Shown in pieces: positions 9,267 through 20,722 of a stretch of DNA of 64,000 bases. Source of the DNA: Candidatus Latescibacterota bacterium (lineage in GTDB: Bacteria > Latescibacterota > UBA2968 > UBA8231); the NCBI GenBank assembly GCA_965215195.1, contig CBDCDC010000002.1, positions 3,360,001-3,424,000 on the forward strand, in the 5' to 3' direction. A program made the position numbers and the translations under genes. The stretch's first letter is position 1. Every line of letters begins with the position of its first letter. Below the pieces are notes generated by a model. It saw only the letters and a list, made by a program, of their open reading frames with translations. It ran no database searches and was not told the DNA's origin.

Positions 9267-9376
9267 ATTTCAAAATAGACCACTACCGGCCAACGACTCA
9301 TCTTGACAGTCTCTTGCAAATCCATAATGTTAGTAAGGTTCAATTGGACGCCAACCACATAGAGGCGGTTTTAGGC

Positions 9377-11617
<2,241 letters not shown>

Positions 11618-11623
11618 GTCCCC

Positions 11624-12202
11624 ATGGAAGCCCTACAGCGCATCAACATCAAGTTCTATCTCGAAGATCCCGAGTCCCTATCGGCCCAAGAGGCCTTCCG
11701 CATCTTCAATAGTTGGATCCCGACGACTCCAGACGAAGTCCTCATCGACGTGGCCGACTACAGCCACCTAGCCGAGGGACCGCTGACCCTGCTCGTCGGC
11801 CACGAAGCCAACTATAGCCTCGACAACCACAGCGCCGAGTTGGGCTTGCTCTACTCGCGCAAACAACCCGCAGACGGCGACCTGAGCGAGCGGCTTGCCA
11901 GTGCCTTAAAAGCGGCACTCACCGCCTGCCGACGCCTCGAAGAAGAGCCTAGCCTAGCGGGCAAAGTCAAATTTCGCCGCGGCGATGTGCTCCTAGTAGC
12001 CAACGACCGCCTCAGCGCAACCAACGACCAAGCCGGCGAAAAGGCCCTGCGGGCCGCCCTCGGCCCGGTACTCGCCCAGCTCTTCGCCGGCACCGAGTAC
12101 GCAGTGGAGCGCGACCCAGCTCCTCAATTGCGCCTCAACCTGAGAATACGCTGCCAAACCAACGCCGACACGGCGACCCTGCTGGGCAATCTCGCCGCTT
12201 GA
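11624..12202 (+). CDS. conserved hypothetical protein coupled to the reductase
   Basis: 6 bp after the reductase stop, host-like codon usage, LIDVADYSH motif. Confidence 0.75.
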   Translation: MEALQRINIKFYLEDPESLSAQEAFRIFNSWIPTTPDEVLIDVADYSHLAEGPLTLLVGHEANYSLDNHSAELGLLYSRKQPADGDLSERLASALKAALTACRRLEEEPSLAGKVKFRRGDVLLVANDRLSATNDQAGEKALRAALGPVLAQLFAGTEYAVERDPAPQLRLNLRIRCQTNADTATLLGNLAA

Positions 12203-12284
12203 CAGAGGTAAACAGGCCCGTATTTTTGCGATAGTTCCCGATTCAAAGAGCAAAGAAGCAATAGCACCTTATTGGGAGGAACCC

Positions 12285-12599
12285 ATGGCTTACTACATCA
12301 CCGAAACCTGCATCGACGTCAAAGACAAGGCCTGCGTCGAGGTTTGCCCCGTTGACTGCATCCATCCGATCGACGGCGAAGGCGAACCCATGCTCTATAT
12401 CGACCCGGACGAGTGCATCGATTGCGGTGCCTGCGAGCCGGAGTGCCCGGTTGAGGCGATCTTCGCCGAAGAGGACGTGCCCGAGGAGCAAGACCGCTTC
12501 GTCGAGATTAACACCAAGTACTTTGAGCTGCGCGACGACCCCGAAGAATGGGACCAGTGGAAGCAGGAACACGCAGCCGAATTCGAAAAAACCAGCTAG
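12285..12599 (+). CDS. fdxA: 7Fe-type ferredoxin
   Basis: CIDVKDKACVEVCPVDCI and CIDCGACEPECP. Confidence 0.93.
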   Translation: MAYYITETCIDVKDKACVEVCPVDCIHPIDGEGEPMLYIDPDECIDCGACEPECPVEAIFAEEDVPEEQDRFVEINTKYFELRDDPEEWDQWKQEHAAEFEKTS

Positions 12600-12617
12600 G
12601 ACGCCGCCTTTCGCGCA

Positions 12618-12654
12618 GAAAAGCCGGGACGCCCCATGGGTTTCCCGGCTTTTT
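12618..12654 (+). terminator. intrinsic terminator
   Basis: AAAAGCCGGGA...TCCCGGCTTTTT. Confidence 0.75.
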
Positions 12655-12722
12655 CGCGCTTGACGATATCAGACCCACCCCGCTTATTTTTTTGCCTAAC
12701 AAAATTGCCGGAGATGGTGTAC

Positions 12723-13733
12723 ATGGCGAAGACAACCCCCCGAAAAAAACCTAAAGCAAAGAAAGCCAAGCTCCGGGCCGCGCCCGACAAACTGTGGTTC
12801 ATGTACCGCAAGATGTCCGAGATCCGCCTCTTTGAAGAGCACGTCTGGGACGTCTATACCCGCGGCCTGATGCCCGGCCTAGCCCACCTCTACATTGGCG
12901 AGGAAGGCGTGGCCGTAGGCACTTGCGCGGCCCTGCGCGACTCCGACTACATCACCAGCACGCATCGCGGCCACGGGCACTGTCTGGCCAAGGGCGGCCA
13001 ACTCGACCGCATGATGGCCGAAATCATGGGCAAGGAGGCCGGCTATTGCCGCGGCAAGGGCGGGTCCATGCACATCGCCGATATGTCGGTGGGCATCCTC
13101 GGGGCCAACGGCATTGTCGGCGGCGGCTTCGGCATCTGCACCGGTGCCGGCCTCTCGGCCAAGCTGCGCGGCACCGATCAAGTGGGCGTCTGCTTCTTCG
13201 GCGATGGCGCTGCCAACCAAGGCATCATGCTCGAAACAATTAACATGGCCGTGATCTGGAACCTGCCGGTCATCTACATCTGCGAAAACAACCAGTACGG
13301 CGAGCACACCCCCTACGAGGCCGTCACCGGCGTCACCGACATCGCCGACCGCGCCAAGGGGCTTGGCCTCGAAGGGATCATCGCCGACGGTGCCGATGTG
13401 CTGGAGATGTACGAAAAAGTAACCGCTGCCGTAGCCAAGGCGCGCCAAGGCCACGGTCCGAGCCTGATCGAAGCCAAAACCTACCGCTACCACGGGCACC
13501 ACGTCGGCGACGCCCAGACCTACCGCACTCGCGATGAGGTCGGCTGGTGGTCTGAGAACAAGGACCCCATTCGCCTGTTGGGCCAGTACATGGTCGCCAA
13601 CCGGGTCGCCAAACAGGCCGAACTCGACGCCCTGTACGCGCAAGTGGAGCGCGAGGTCCTCGACGCCATCGAATTTGGCAAAGAAGCCGCCTTTCCCCCG
13701 CCAGAACAAGCTTTTGAGGATATATATGCCTGA
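12723..13733 (+). CDS. TPP-dependent dehydrogenase E1 alpha (acetoin/pyruvate type)
   Basis: HLYIGEEG, THRGHGH, GKGGSMH, FFGDGA...ENN, TYRYHGH. Confidence 0.92.
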   Translation: MAKTTPRKKPKAKKAKLRAAPDKLWFMYRKMSEIRLFEEHVWDVYTRGLMPGLAHLYIGEEGVAVGTCAALRDSDYITSTHRGHGHCLAKGGQLDRMMAEIMGKEAGYCRGKGGSMHIADMSVGILGANGIVGGGFGICTGAGLSAKLRGTDQVGVCFFGDGAANQGIMLETINMAVIWNLPVIYICENNQYGEHTPYEAVTGVTDIADRAKGLGLEGIIADGADVLEMYEKVTAAVAKARQGHGPSLIEAKTYRYHGHHVGDAQTYRTRDEVGWWSENKDPIRLLGQYMVANRVAKQAELDALYAQVEREVLDAIEFGKEAAFPPPEQAFEDIYA

Positions 13734-14709
13734 TCGGGACATGCTGTTTAGAGAGGCCATCGGCCTAGCTACGGCCGAAGAGATGCGCCGCGACGAGACC
13801 GTCTTTGTCATGGGCGAGGACGTGGGGCCCTCCGGCGGCATCTTCAAATGCTGCGAGGGCCTCTTCGAGGAATTTGGGACTGAGCGCGTCATCGACACTC
13901 CCATTGCCGAGGCGGGTTATATCGGTCTTGGCGTCGGTGCCGCCATGACCGGCATGCGCCCGCTGTGCGAGCTGATGTTCGGCGACTTTTCGCTGTTGAC
14001 CATGGACCAGATCGTCAATCAGGCGGCCAAGATCCGCTACATGTCGGGCGGCCAGTGCAAAGTTCCCCTGACGATCCGGCTGTCGATGGGGGCCGGGCGC
14101 TCTTCCGCCGCCCAGCACTCCCAGAGCTTGCACGCGATCTTCGCCCATGTCCCCGGGCTCAAAGTTGCCATCCCTGCTACACCCCGCGACGCCAAGGGCT
14201 TGCTCAAGACCGCGATCCGCGACGACAATCCCGTGCTCTTCTTTGAAGACAAGATGATGTACAACGACTCCGGCCCCGTGCCCGAAGACGACGACTTTCT
14301 CATCCCCTTTGGCGCAGCCGAGATCAAACGCGCCGGCACCGACCTGACCCTCGTCGCCACCTCCAGCATGGTCGGCGTCGCCTTGGCCGCCGCAGAAGAG
14401 CTCGCCGCCCAAGGGCTAGAAGCCGAGGTCGTCGATCCGCGTACCCTAGTACCTCTAGATAAGGAGACCCTGCTCGCCTCGGTGCGCAAAACTGGCTATG
14501 CTGTGGTGATTGACGAAGGCGTTGAGCGCTACGGTGCCACGGCCGAGCTCGCTTCCATCCTCAACGCCGAGGCATTCGATTGGCTCGACGCGCCCGTCTT
14601 GCGCATTGGCGCGGCCGACGTGCCCATTCCCTTCAGCCCAACCCTCGAGATGCCGACCATCCCCAGCCAAGAGCGCATCGTCGAGACCGTACTTTCACAG
14701 CGAGGGTAG
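13726..14709 (+). CDS. TPP-dependent dehydrogenase E1 beta
   Basis: MGEDV, DTPIAEAG, AAQHSQ, VDPRTLVPLD; overlaps the alpha stop. Confidence 0.92.
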   Translation: MPDRDMLFREAIGLATAEEMRRDETVFVMGEDVGPSGGIFKCCEGLFEEFGTERVIDTPIAEAGYIGLGVGAAMTGMRPLCELMFGDFSLLTMDQIVNQAAKIRYMSGGQCKVPLTIRLSMGAGRSSAAQHSQSLHAIFAHVPGLKVAIPATPRDAKGLLKTAIRDDNPVLFFEDKMMYNDSGPVPEDDDFLIPFGAAEIKRAGTDLTLVATSSMVGVALAAAEELAAQGLEAEVVDPRTLVPLDKETLLASVRKTGYAVVIDEGVERYGATAELASILNAEAFDWLDAPVLRIGAADVPIPFSPTLEMPTIPSQERIVETVLSQRG

Positions 14710-14713
14710 GCTT

Positions 14714-15622
14714 TTGTCGCGTCCGGTCTGCCTCGTCACGGGGTCTTCGAGCGGGATTGGCGCGGCCATCGTCCGCCAATTCGCGGCCCAAGGCTACGAC
14801 GTGGTGGTCCACTACAACGCCGGCGAGGAGCGCGCCGCCCAGATCGCCGCCGCCATTCGCGCCGAGTACGCAGTCGAAGTCCTAGTCCTCGGTGCCGATC
14901 TCTCGCAGCGAGAGGCCCCTTTCGACCTAGTCGACCGCACCTTCGCGCACTTTAGCCGCCTCGACGTGGCGGTCAGCAACAGCGGCGTGGCCAACTACGT
15001 GGCCGACGAGCAGGGCCAGCTCGTGCGCTACCGCTTCAGCGACACTCCGGTCGAGCACCTCGACAAGGAGATGGCCCGCGTCCTCAGCCTCAACCTCATG
15101 GGGGCCTACCGGCTAGTCCAACGCGCCCTCAAGCGCATGGTGGAACAAGCCGCAAAAGAGACCGATCCCGCGCACCGCAGCATCCTCTTGATTACCTCCA
15201 TCTCGGATATCGCCCCCGAGAGCACCCGCATTCCCTACGGCGTCAGCAAGGCCGGTCTCAATCACGTAGTTGCGGGGGCAGCCTTCGACGGCGGGCCTTA
15301 CAACATCACGGTCAACGCCCTGCGCCCCGGGGTCGTGGATACGCCGCTGACGAGCCGCCCTTCGGGGGTGGAAGATCCGCAATCGGGCCGCGAATTCACC
15401 GTGGCCGAGATCTACGGTCTGATGGCCGCAGGAGGGTCCCAACCCATTCGCCGCATCGGACGCCCTGAGGACATCGCCTTCGCCGCCTACGCCTTCACCC
15501 AGATCCCCTACATGACCGGCCAGCTCATCGCCGTTGATGGCGGCTTTACCCTGCCCGGCAATTTTCCCAACCGCGAGGTCTTTCTCCAAGAGGGCTTGCG
15601 GAAGCGGCAAGCCAGTTCTTGA
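14714..15622 (+). CDS. short-chain dehydrogenase/reductase
   Basis: TGSSSGIG, YGVSK catalytic motif, RIGRPED; start inferred at TTG 14714. Confidence 0.88.
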   Translation: MSRPVCLVTGSSSGIGAAIVRQFAAQGYDVVVHYNAGEERAAQIAAAIRAEYAVEVLVLGADLSQREAPFDLVDRTFAHFSRLDVAVSNSGVANYVADEQGQLVRYRFSDTPVEHLDKEMARVLSLNLMGAYRLVQRALKRMVEQAAKETDPAHRSILLITSISDIAPESTRIPYGVSKAGLNHVVAGAAFDGGPYNITVNALRPGVVDTPLTSRPSGVEDPQSGREFTVAEIYGLMAAGGSQPIRRIGRPEDIAFAAYAFTQIPYMTGQLIAVDGGFTLPGNFPNREVFLQEGLRKRQASS

Positions 15623-15682
15623 TACAGACAACGGGCTGCTTTCGCTGCTTTGCGGCGAGGATCCTCTGCGGTCTCAAGTCCT

Positions 15683-16207
15683 ATGGAAGAACTGTTTCAC
15701 GTCAGCGACCGGCCCGGCATAACCCGCTTTGAGCCTCGTCCCCCACCTCTGAGCAATACCACCTTTACCGGCCGCATGGTCTGGGCCGTGGGCCAGCGCC
15801 TGCTGCACAATTACTTGGTGCCGCGCGACTGTCCCCGAGTCGCTTTCTACGCCGGCCCCCGGACTACTGCCGAGGACGCCGAGCGCTTTTTAGGCATCAC
15901 GACCGCCCGCCACGTGGTGGCCATTGAGACCGCTTGGTTACAGGCTTTGTGCACCGAGTGCCTCTATATTTATGCTCTGCCTAATGAAACTTTCCAACCG
16001 GTGAATAAAGGCGCTGGCTACTATATCTCCCGCCAAGGGGTGACGCCCCGTTCGATGGAAACCATTGAAGATATTCTCGCCTGTTTGGCCGCGAGCGACG
16101 TGGAGGTTCGCATCACCCCTTCCCTGTGGCCCCTGCGCGACGCCGTGTTTCAATCCACCATGCGGTTTTCCTTCATCCGCATGCGCAACGCCGCGCCTCG
16201 GCCCTAG
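15683..16207 (+). CDS. conserved hypothetical protein (DUF6886-like)
   Basis: LFHVSDRPGITRFEPR, NYLVPRDCPR, FSFIRMRNA. Confidence 0.7.
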   Translation: MEELFHVSDRPGITRFEPRPPPLSNTTFTGRMVWAVGQRLLHNYLVPRDCPRVAFYAGPRTTAEDAERFLGITTARHVVAIETAWLQALCTECLYIYALPNETFQPVNKGAGYYISRQGVTPRSMETIEDILACLAASDVEVRITPSLWPLRDAVFQSTMRFSFIRMRNAAPRP

Positions 16208-16455
16208 CCGCTTTAATGTTGCTCTGCTGAGGCGGTGCCCGGCCTGCGCCCGGCCCACTACCGGCGCGGGCGACGGTCACTCCAATGGTGCGTCAAGTTT
16301 TATTCTGGTGCCCGGCATGGTATGTTTGATTAAAACACACTCGGAGGGCATTGGATTTTGAGATCCCCAAACCTCGTTACGCACAACGCAAAAGAACTTG
16401 GGTGCGTTTCCACGTTAAACGTCGAAAATTGGGCAACCGAATAAGGGGCCTCCTC

Positions 16456-17403
16456 ATGCGCCCGGCGATCCTGCGATCTGGAATGATTCTAGTAATGGCA
16501 GCATTCGGGGCCTCTGCGGCGGCAGCGCAGACCGAGTTCTCCTTTGCCGCTGGCGTCGATAGCACCGGCTGGGCGCAGGCGCAGAGCAATGCCGACGGCC
16601 ATGTGCTGATTGAGTCGCCGCAGTATCCGCTCGGTCTGTGGCTGCACTTGGTCGATAAAGCGGGAGATGCGCTGGCCGGCCTTCAGGTCGAATACCAAGG
16701 CCGACCCGACAGTTTGGCGGCGATTCGCTGCGTCGATCCGGGCGGAAGGGTGCGGGAGACGCTGGTCTTGTCGTTTGAGGATCCGAATCTGGAGAAGTGG
16801 GTATTGAAGGCTTTGGGCCGACAGGAGGGGCCTATTACCTTGCCGGAAGCCGCTTCTCTGACCAGCCTCTCTGTCTCCGATAGTAGTGTTCACAGTTTGG
16901 CGGGTCTCGAGCATTTTGTGGCCTTGGAAACTTTGAGTCTAGCCATCGACTATTCTATTACTGACGTGAGTCCACTTGCTGCTTTGACCAACCTTAAAAA
17001 ACTGAGTCTGTATTTCAATCAGCTAGCCGATGTGAGTCCACTTGCTGCTTTGACCAACCTTAAAAAACTGAGTCTGTGGAATAACCGGATCGCCGATGTG
17101 AACCCGCTCGCTACCTTAACCAACCTTGAATCGCTGAACCTAGGTGCCAACCAGCTAGCCGATGTGAACCCACTCGCCGCCTTGACCAACCTTGAACGAC
17201 TATATCTGGAGGACAATCAGATTACCGATGTGAGCCCACTCGCCGCCTTGACCAATCTTGAGTCGCTGAACCTAAAGGACAACCAGATCGAAGACATAAG
17301 TCCCTTGACCGCCAACACTGGCTTAGGGGACGGCGATTTCGTAAACTTGCTCAACAACCCCCTCAGCGACCAGTCCCGCACCAAACACATCCCCGCCCTG
17401 TAA
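16456..17403 (+). CDS. secreted internalin-like leucine-rich repeat protein (probably prematurely stopped)
   Basis: Signal peptide, 22-aa LRRs (NQLADVSPLAALTNLKKLSL) also repeated at DNA level. HIPAL* is followed in frame by ARGVAVHY*. Confidence 0.85.
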   Translation: MRPAILRSGMILVMAAFGASAAAAQTEFSFAAGVDSTGWAQAQSNADGHVLIESPQYPLGLWLHLVDKAGDALAGLQVEYQGRPDSLAAIRCVDPGGRVRETLVLSFEDPNLEKWVLKALGRQEGPITLPEAASLTSLSVSDSSVHSLAGLEHFVALETLSLAIDYSITDVSPLAALTNLKKLSLYFNQLADVSPLAALTNLKKLSLWNNRIADVNPLATLTNLESLNLGANQLADVNPLAALTNLERLYLEDNQITDVSPLAALTNLESLNLKDNQIEDISPLTANTGLGDGDFVNLLNNPLSDQSRTKHIPAL

Positions 17404-17470
17404 GCGAGAGGCGTCGCCGTTCACTACTAAACCCCCCGCATCCGTCCCTCTTCAGCGAAAGGACCCCGCC

Positions 17471-19786
17471 ATGAAAGCCCAACTCACCCTCCTCCTCGCC
17501 CTGCTAGTCCCCCTCCCCGCCCTCGGCATCGGCTACGTGTACACCGGCGTGGGCGACGACGGCCGCCAGCACCTCGAACTGACCTCGGTCACTGTGGCTG
17601 TGCAGATCGACGAGCGCATCGCCCGCACGCGCACCGACCAGATCTTCACCAACCACGCCGAATGGGAGGTAGAGGGCATCTACGAATTCACCCTGCCCGA
17701 CGGGGCGATCATCACCGATCTGGTGCTGTGGATCGGCGACAAGCGGATACAGGGTATGGTCCTCGAAAAGGAAGAGGCGCGCCGAACGTACGACGATATT
17801 GTAGGCCGCCGCATCGACCCGGCCCTGATCGAGCAGGTGACCCCCAACCAATTTCGCCTGAGCATCTTCCCCTTTCCGGCCAAGGGCAGCCGCCGCGTCG
17901 AATTCGAGTACATGCAGCTCCTCGAATCCCGCAACGGCCGCCTCGACTACACCTTCCCGCTGGCCCCCGAAACCGACCAGCCCCTGCAAATGGAGCTGTT
18001 CGTGCTGCGCGCCCAAGTGCGCAGCCAGCACACCTTTGAGGCCACGACCTCGGGGCTGCCGCGGCTCACCGAGATAAACCGGCCCGACGCGCACCGCGCC
18101 AATATCTTCTTCGGCGACGAGCAGATAAGGCCCCGGGAGGACTTTACCCTGACCATCCGCCAGACCGACGACCGGCCCAAGCCGACCGTGCTCAGCTTTG
18201 CGCCGCAGGAGAACGACGACTTAGGGTACTACGCCCTGTGGCTGCCGCCCCTGCCCGAGTTGACGCAAGGCGAACCCCTGTCGCGCAGCCTGACCTTTGT
18301 CATCGACATTTCGTCGAGCATGCAGCAGGGCAAGCTCCAAGCCGTCAAAGGCGCACTCGCCGCAGCGATTGACGCGCTGGATCCAGCGGACCTGTTCAAC
18401 ATTGTCGTCTTCACCCACCGGGCCGACTCCTTTGCCGCCGCCCCGGTGCCCGCCGATCCGGCCAACAAGAAGGCGGCCACGGCCTTCATCAACCGGCAGG
18501 ACGCGCTCGGCGTGAGCAATTTTGAGGCGGGATTGGGCCACGCCATGCAGCAGGCCTTTCCCGTCGGCCGGGTCAACCACGTCGTCTTCCTCACCGACGG
18601 CCTGCCCACCCTCGGCGAAGTCGGACTGGAGCCTTTGAGCGAGTTGGTCGGCCAGTGGTCCGCTGACCAAGTGCGTCTCTTCACCATCGGCGTGGGTCGG
18701 GACGTGGACCAAGGTTTTTTGAGCGGCTTAGCCGAAGAGCACCGCGGCGAGGCGTACTTCCTCTCGGACGAAGGCGATATCGAGGCGGCGCTCCAAGAAC
18801 TGTTTGAGTCCTTCACCTTTCCCGTCTTGCTGCTCGACGAGCTGAGCTTCGACCAAGTGGAAATCCACGACATCCACCCACGCGGGGTGGAAGCCCTCGC
18901 GGCCGGCCGCGAACTGTTCCAAGTGGGCCGCTACCGGGACGGTGGGATTTTCACGTTGAGCGTGACCGGCCGCGTGGGGGAAGAAAATGTAAGCGTGGAC
19001 TTCCCGCTGGAGTTTACCCAGACCGATGTCTCGGGCAACTTGATTCCCCGGCTGTGGGCTTACCAGAAGATCCAAGCCCTCGAAGAGCAGATCGCCCGCT
19101 TTGGCGAGCAACAGGAACTGCTCAACGACATTCTTGCGCTGGGCTTAGACTACCAGCTAGTGACGCGGCGCACCTCCCTGTTTGCCCCGGACGACGGCGT
19201 CGAGGTCAATCCCCAACCGCGCGATGGGGAGGTGGCGTTAAACTTCGGCGATTTCGGCGACTTATTTGGCACTACAGACATCAACGACGCCCGCCCGACG
19301 ACCCACTGGTTGGGCCGCGACTTCGTGCTACAGGACGAAGTGTGGATTGATACAGCTTACCAGCCGGGTATGCTCAAGGAGCTGTACGAAGGCCGCACCT
19401 ATCAGCCCGCCGAGCTAGCCAACTTTGCCCGGTTGGGCCAAGCCATGCTCGTGGTGGTGGAAGAGCAAGCCTACGAGATCCGCGCGGACGCCCAAGGCAG
19501 CCGGCCGGTGCTCCTGCAGAACGCCCCCAACCCCTTCAACGCCTCCACGGCAATCTCCTTCCTGATACCGTTCCGCCTCGCGGAAGAGGCGACTCGCCTG
19601 AGCATCTACAACTTGGCGGGCCAGCTCGTGCGCGTCCTGCAGCTCGATACGCAACAGGCCGGCGAACACACCCTGAGTTGGGATGGCCGCGACGACTACG
19701 GCCGCGCAGTGGCCAGCGGGGTGTACATCTATCGACTCGATGTGGGCGAGTGGGCCGTGCAGCGGCGCATGTTGCTGCTGCGCTGA
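17471..19786 (+). CDS. secreted VIT + vWA domain protein with C-terminal FlgD/CTD-type domain
   Basis: Signal peptide, VIT (VEGIYEFTLPDGA), MIDAS DISSSM...FLTDG, QNAPNPFN...WDGRDD.GR.VASGVYIYRL. Confidence 0.88.
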   Translation: MKAQLTLLLALLVPLPALGIGYVYTGVGDDGRQHLELTSVTVAVQIDERIARTRTDQIFTNHAEWEVEGIYEFTLPDGAIITDLVLWIGDKRIQGMVLEKEEARRTYDDIVGRRIDPALIEQVTPNQFRLSIFPFPAKGSRRVEFEYMQLLESRNGRLDYTFPLAPETDQPLQMELFVLRAQVRSQHTFEATTSGLPRLTEINRPDAHRANIFFGDEQIRPREDFTLTIRQTDDRPKPTVLSFAPQENDDLGYYALWLPPLPELTQGEPLSRSLTFVIDISSSMQQGKLQAVKGALAAAIDALDPADLFNIVVFTHRADSFAAAPVPADPANKKAATAFINRQDALGVSNFEAGLGHAMQQAFPVGRVNHVVFLTDGLPTLGEVGLEPLSELVGQWSADQVRLFTIGVGRDVDQGFLSGLAEEHRGEAYFLSDEGDIEAALQELFESFTFPVLLLDELSFDQVEIHDIHPRGVEALAAGRELFQVGRYRDGGIFTLSVTGRVGEENVSVDFPLEFTQTDVSGNLIPRLWAYQKIQALEEQIARFGEQQELLNDILALGLDYQLVTRRTSLFAPDDGVEVNPQPRDGEVALNFGDFGDLFGTTDINDARPTTHWLGRDFVLQDEVWIDTAYQPGMLKELYEGRTYQPAELANFARLGQAMLVVVEEQAYEIRADAQGSRPVLLQNAPNPFNASTAISFLIPFRLAEEATRLSIYNLAGQLVRVLQLDTQQAGEHTLSWDGRDDYGRAVASGVYIYRLDVGEWAVQRRMLLLR

Positions 19787-19820
19787 GGGCCGAACCTAGC
19801 GATCTCAAAGCAAACGCGAA

Positions 19821-19855
19821 AAAGCGCCCGATGCTGGTGGAGCATCGGGCGCTTT
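19821..19855. terminator. bidirectional terminator between convergent genes
   Basis: 15-bp perfect stem AAAGCGCCCGATGCT/AGCATCGGGCGCTTT. Confidence 0.8.
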
Positions 19856-19882
19856 GCTGGATTCGGTCTTGGGCAGCGGTGT

Positions 19883-20635
19883 TTAGTGCTCGCTGATGCT
19901 GCCCATGTGGATTTCGATGTCCTCGCGGTTGGCTACCCGCTCTAACCGCCCATCGCGGATCCAAGCCATGCGATCGGCCGCGGTGAGCATTTTGTCGTCG
20001 TGGGTCACGGTAATGATCGTCGTCCCCATCTCCTGCTGCAGGCTTTTCATGTAGTTGATGATCTCCTGCCCGGTGTTGCTGTCGAGGTTGCCGGTCGGCT
20101 CGTCGGCGAGGATGATGCGCGGCTTGTTGACGAAGGCGCGGGCAATGGCTACGCGCTGCTGCTGGCCGCCCGACAGCTCGGAGGGAATGTGGTGCGCCCT
20201 ATCGCCTAGGCCGACGATCTTCAAACATTCCATGGCCCGCCTTTCGCCCTCGGCCGTGGTCATGCCGGCAAACACCGTGGGCAGCGACACGTTCATTAGC
20301 GCACTCATCACCGGCAAAAGATTGTAGGTCTGAAAAATGTAACCCAACTCAAAACAGCGCACGGCCGCTAGCTGCTGCGCGTTGAGCATGGCCAGATTGA
20401 CGCCCTCGATGAGCACCTCGCCGTCGGTGGGCGTCTGCAGAGCGCCGATCATGTTAAAAAGCGTGCTCTTCCCCGACCCAGAAGGCCCCATAATGGCAAA
20501 AAACTCGTTTTCGTACACCTTCACGCTCAAACCGCGCAGCGCGTGAACATGAGTCGATTCGTCGCGGTTTTTGGCATTGTAAACCATCTTGACGTCTTGG
20601 ACGTCGACGATTACATCGCGGCCATTTCCCTGCAT
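19883..20635 (-). CDS. ABC transporter ATP-binding protein (LolD/MacB type)
   Basis: [27 protein letters not shown]. Confidence 0.92.
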   Translation of the reverse strand: MQGNGRDVIVDVQDVKMVYNAKNRDESTHVHALRGLSVKVYENEFFAIMGPSGSGKSTLFNMIGALQTPTDGEVLIEGVNLAMLNAQQLAAVRCFELGYIFQTYNLLPVMSALMNVSLPTVFAGMTTAEGERRAMECLKIVGLGDRAHHIPSELSGGQQQRVAIARAFVNKPRIILADEPTGNLDSNTGQEIINYMKSLQQEMGTTIITVTHDDKMLTAADRMAWIRDGRLERVANREDIEIHMGSISEH

Positions 20636-20722
20636 AATGTACTCCTAATTTGATGTTGTTCTTCCAAGAACGGATCAATCTAAAATGGACAGCACCGCAG
20701 GTCAAATTTGGCGGCGCACCTT

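Larger units (their letters stand above)
3514..9287 (+). mobile_element. IS1-family cargo-carrying element (transporter IS), 5774 bp
   Basis: Perfect 19-bp TIR GGTAGTGGTCTATTTTGAA (3514-3532; inverse at 9269-9287), near-TSD AGCCAACG/GGCCAACG, IS1-type transposase relic at the right end, lower GC than flanks. Confidence 0.9.

Noticed and set aside
9263-9376. N-terminal extension of the reductase in the ORF track
   Set aside because: Begins inside the IS1 element end; ATG 9377 is the plausible start.
16378-16389. 12-mer TACGCACAACGC also present near 50557
   Set aside because: Too short and non-palindromic to call a regulator site; no riboswitch consensus around it.
16961-17310. 66-bp DNA repeats as an array
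   Set aside because: Explained by coding LRR units.
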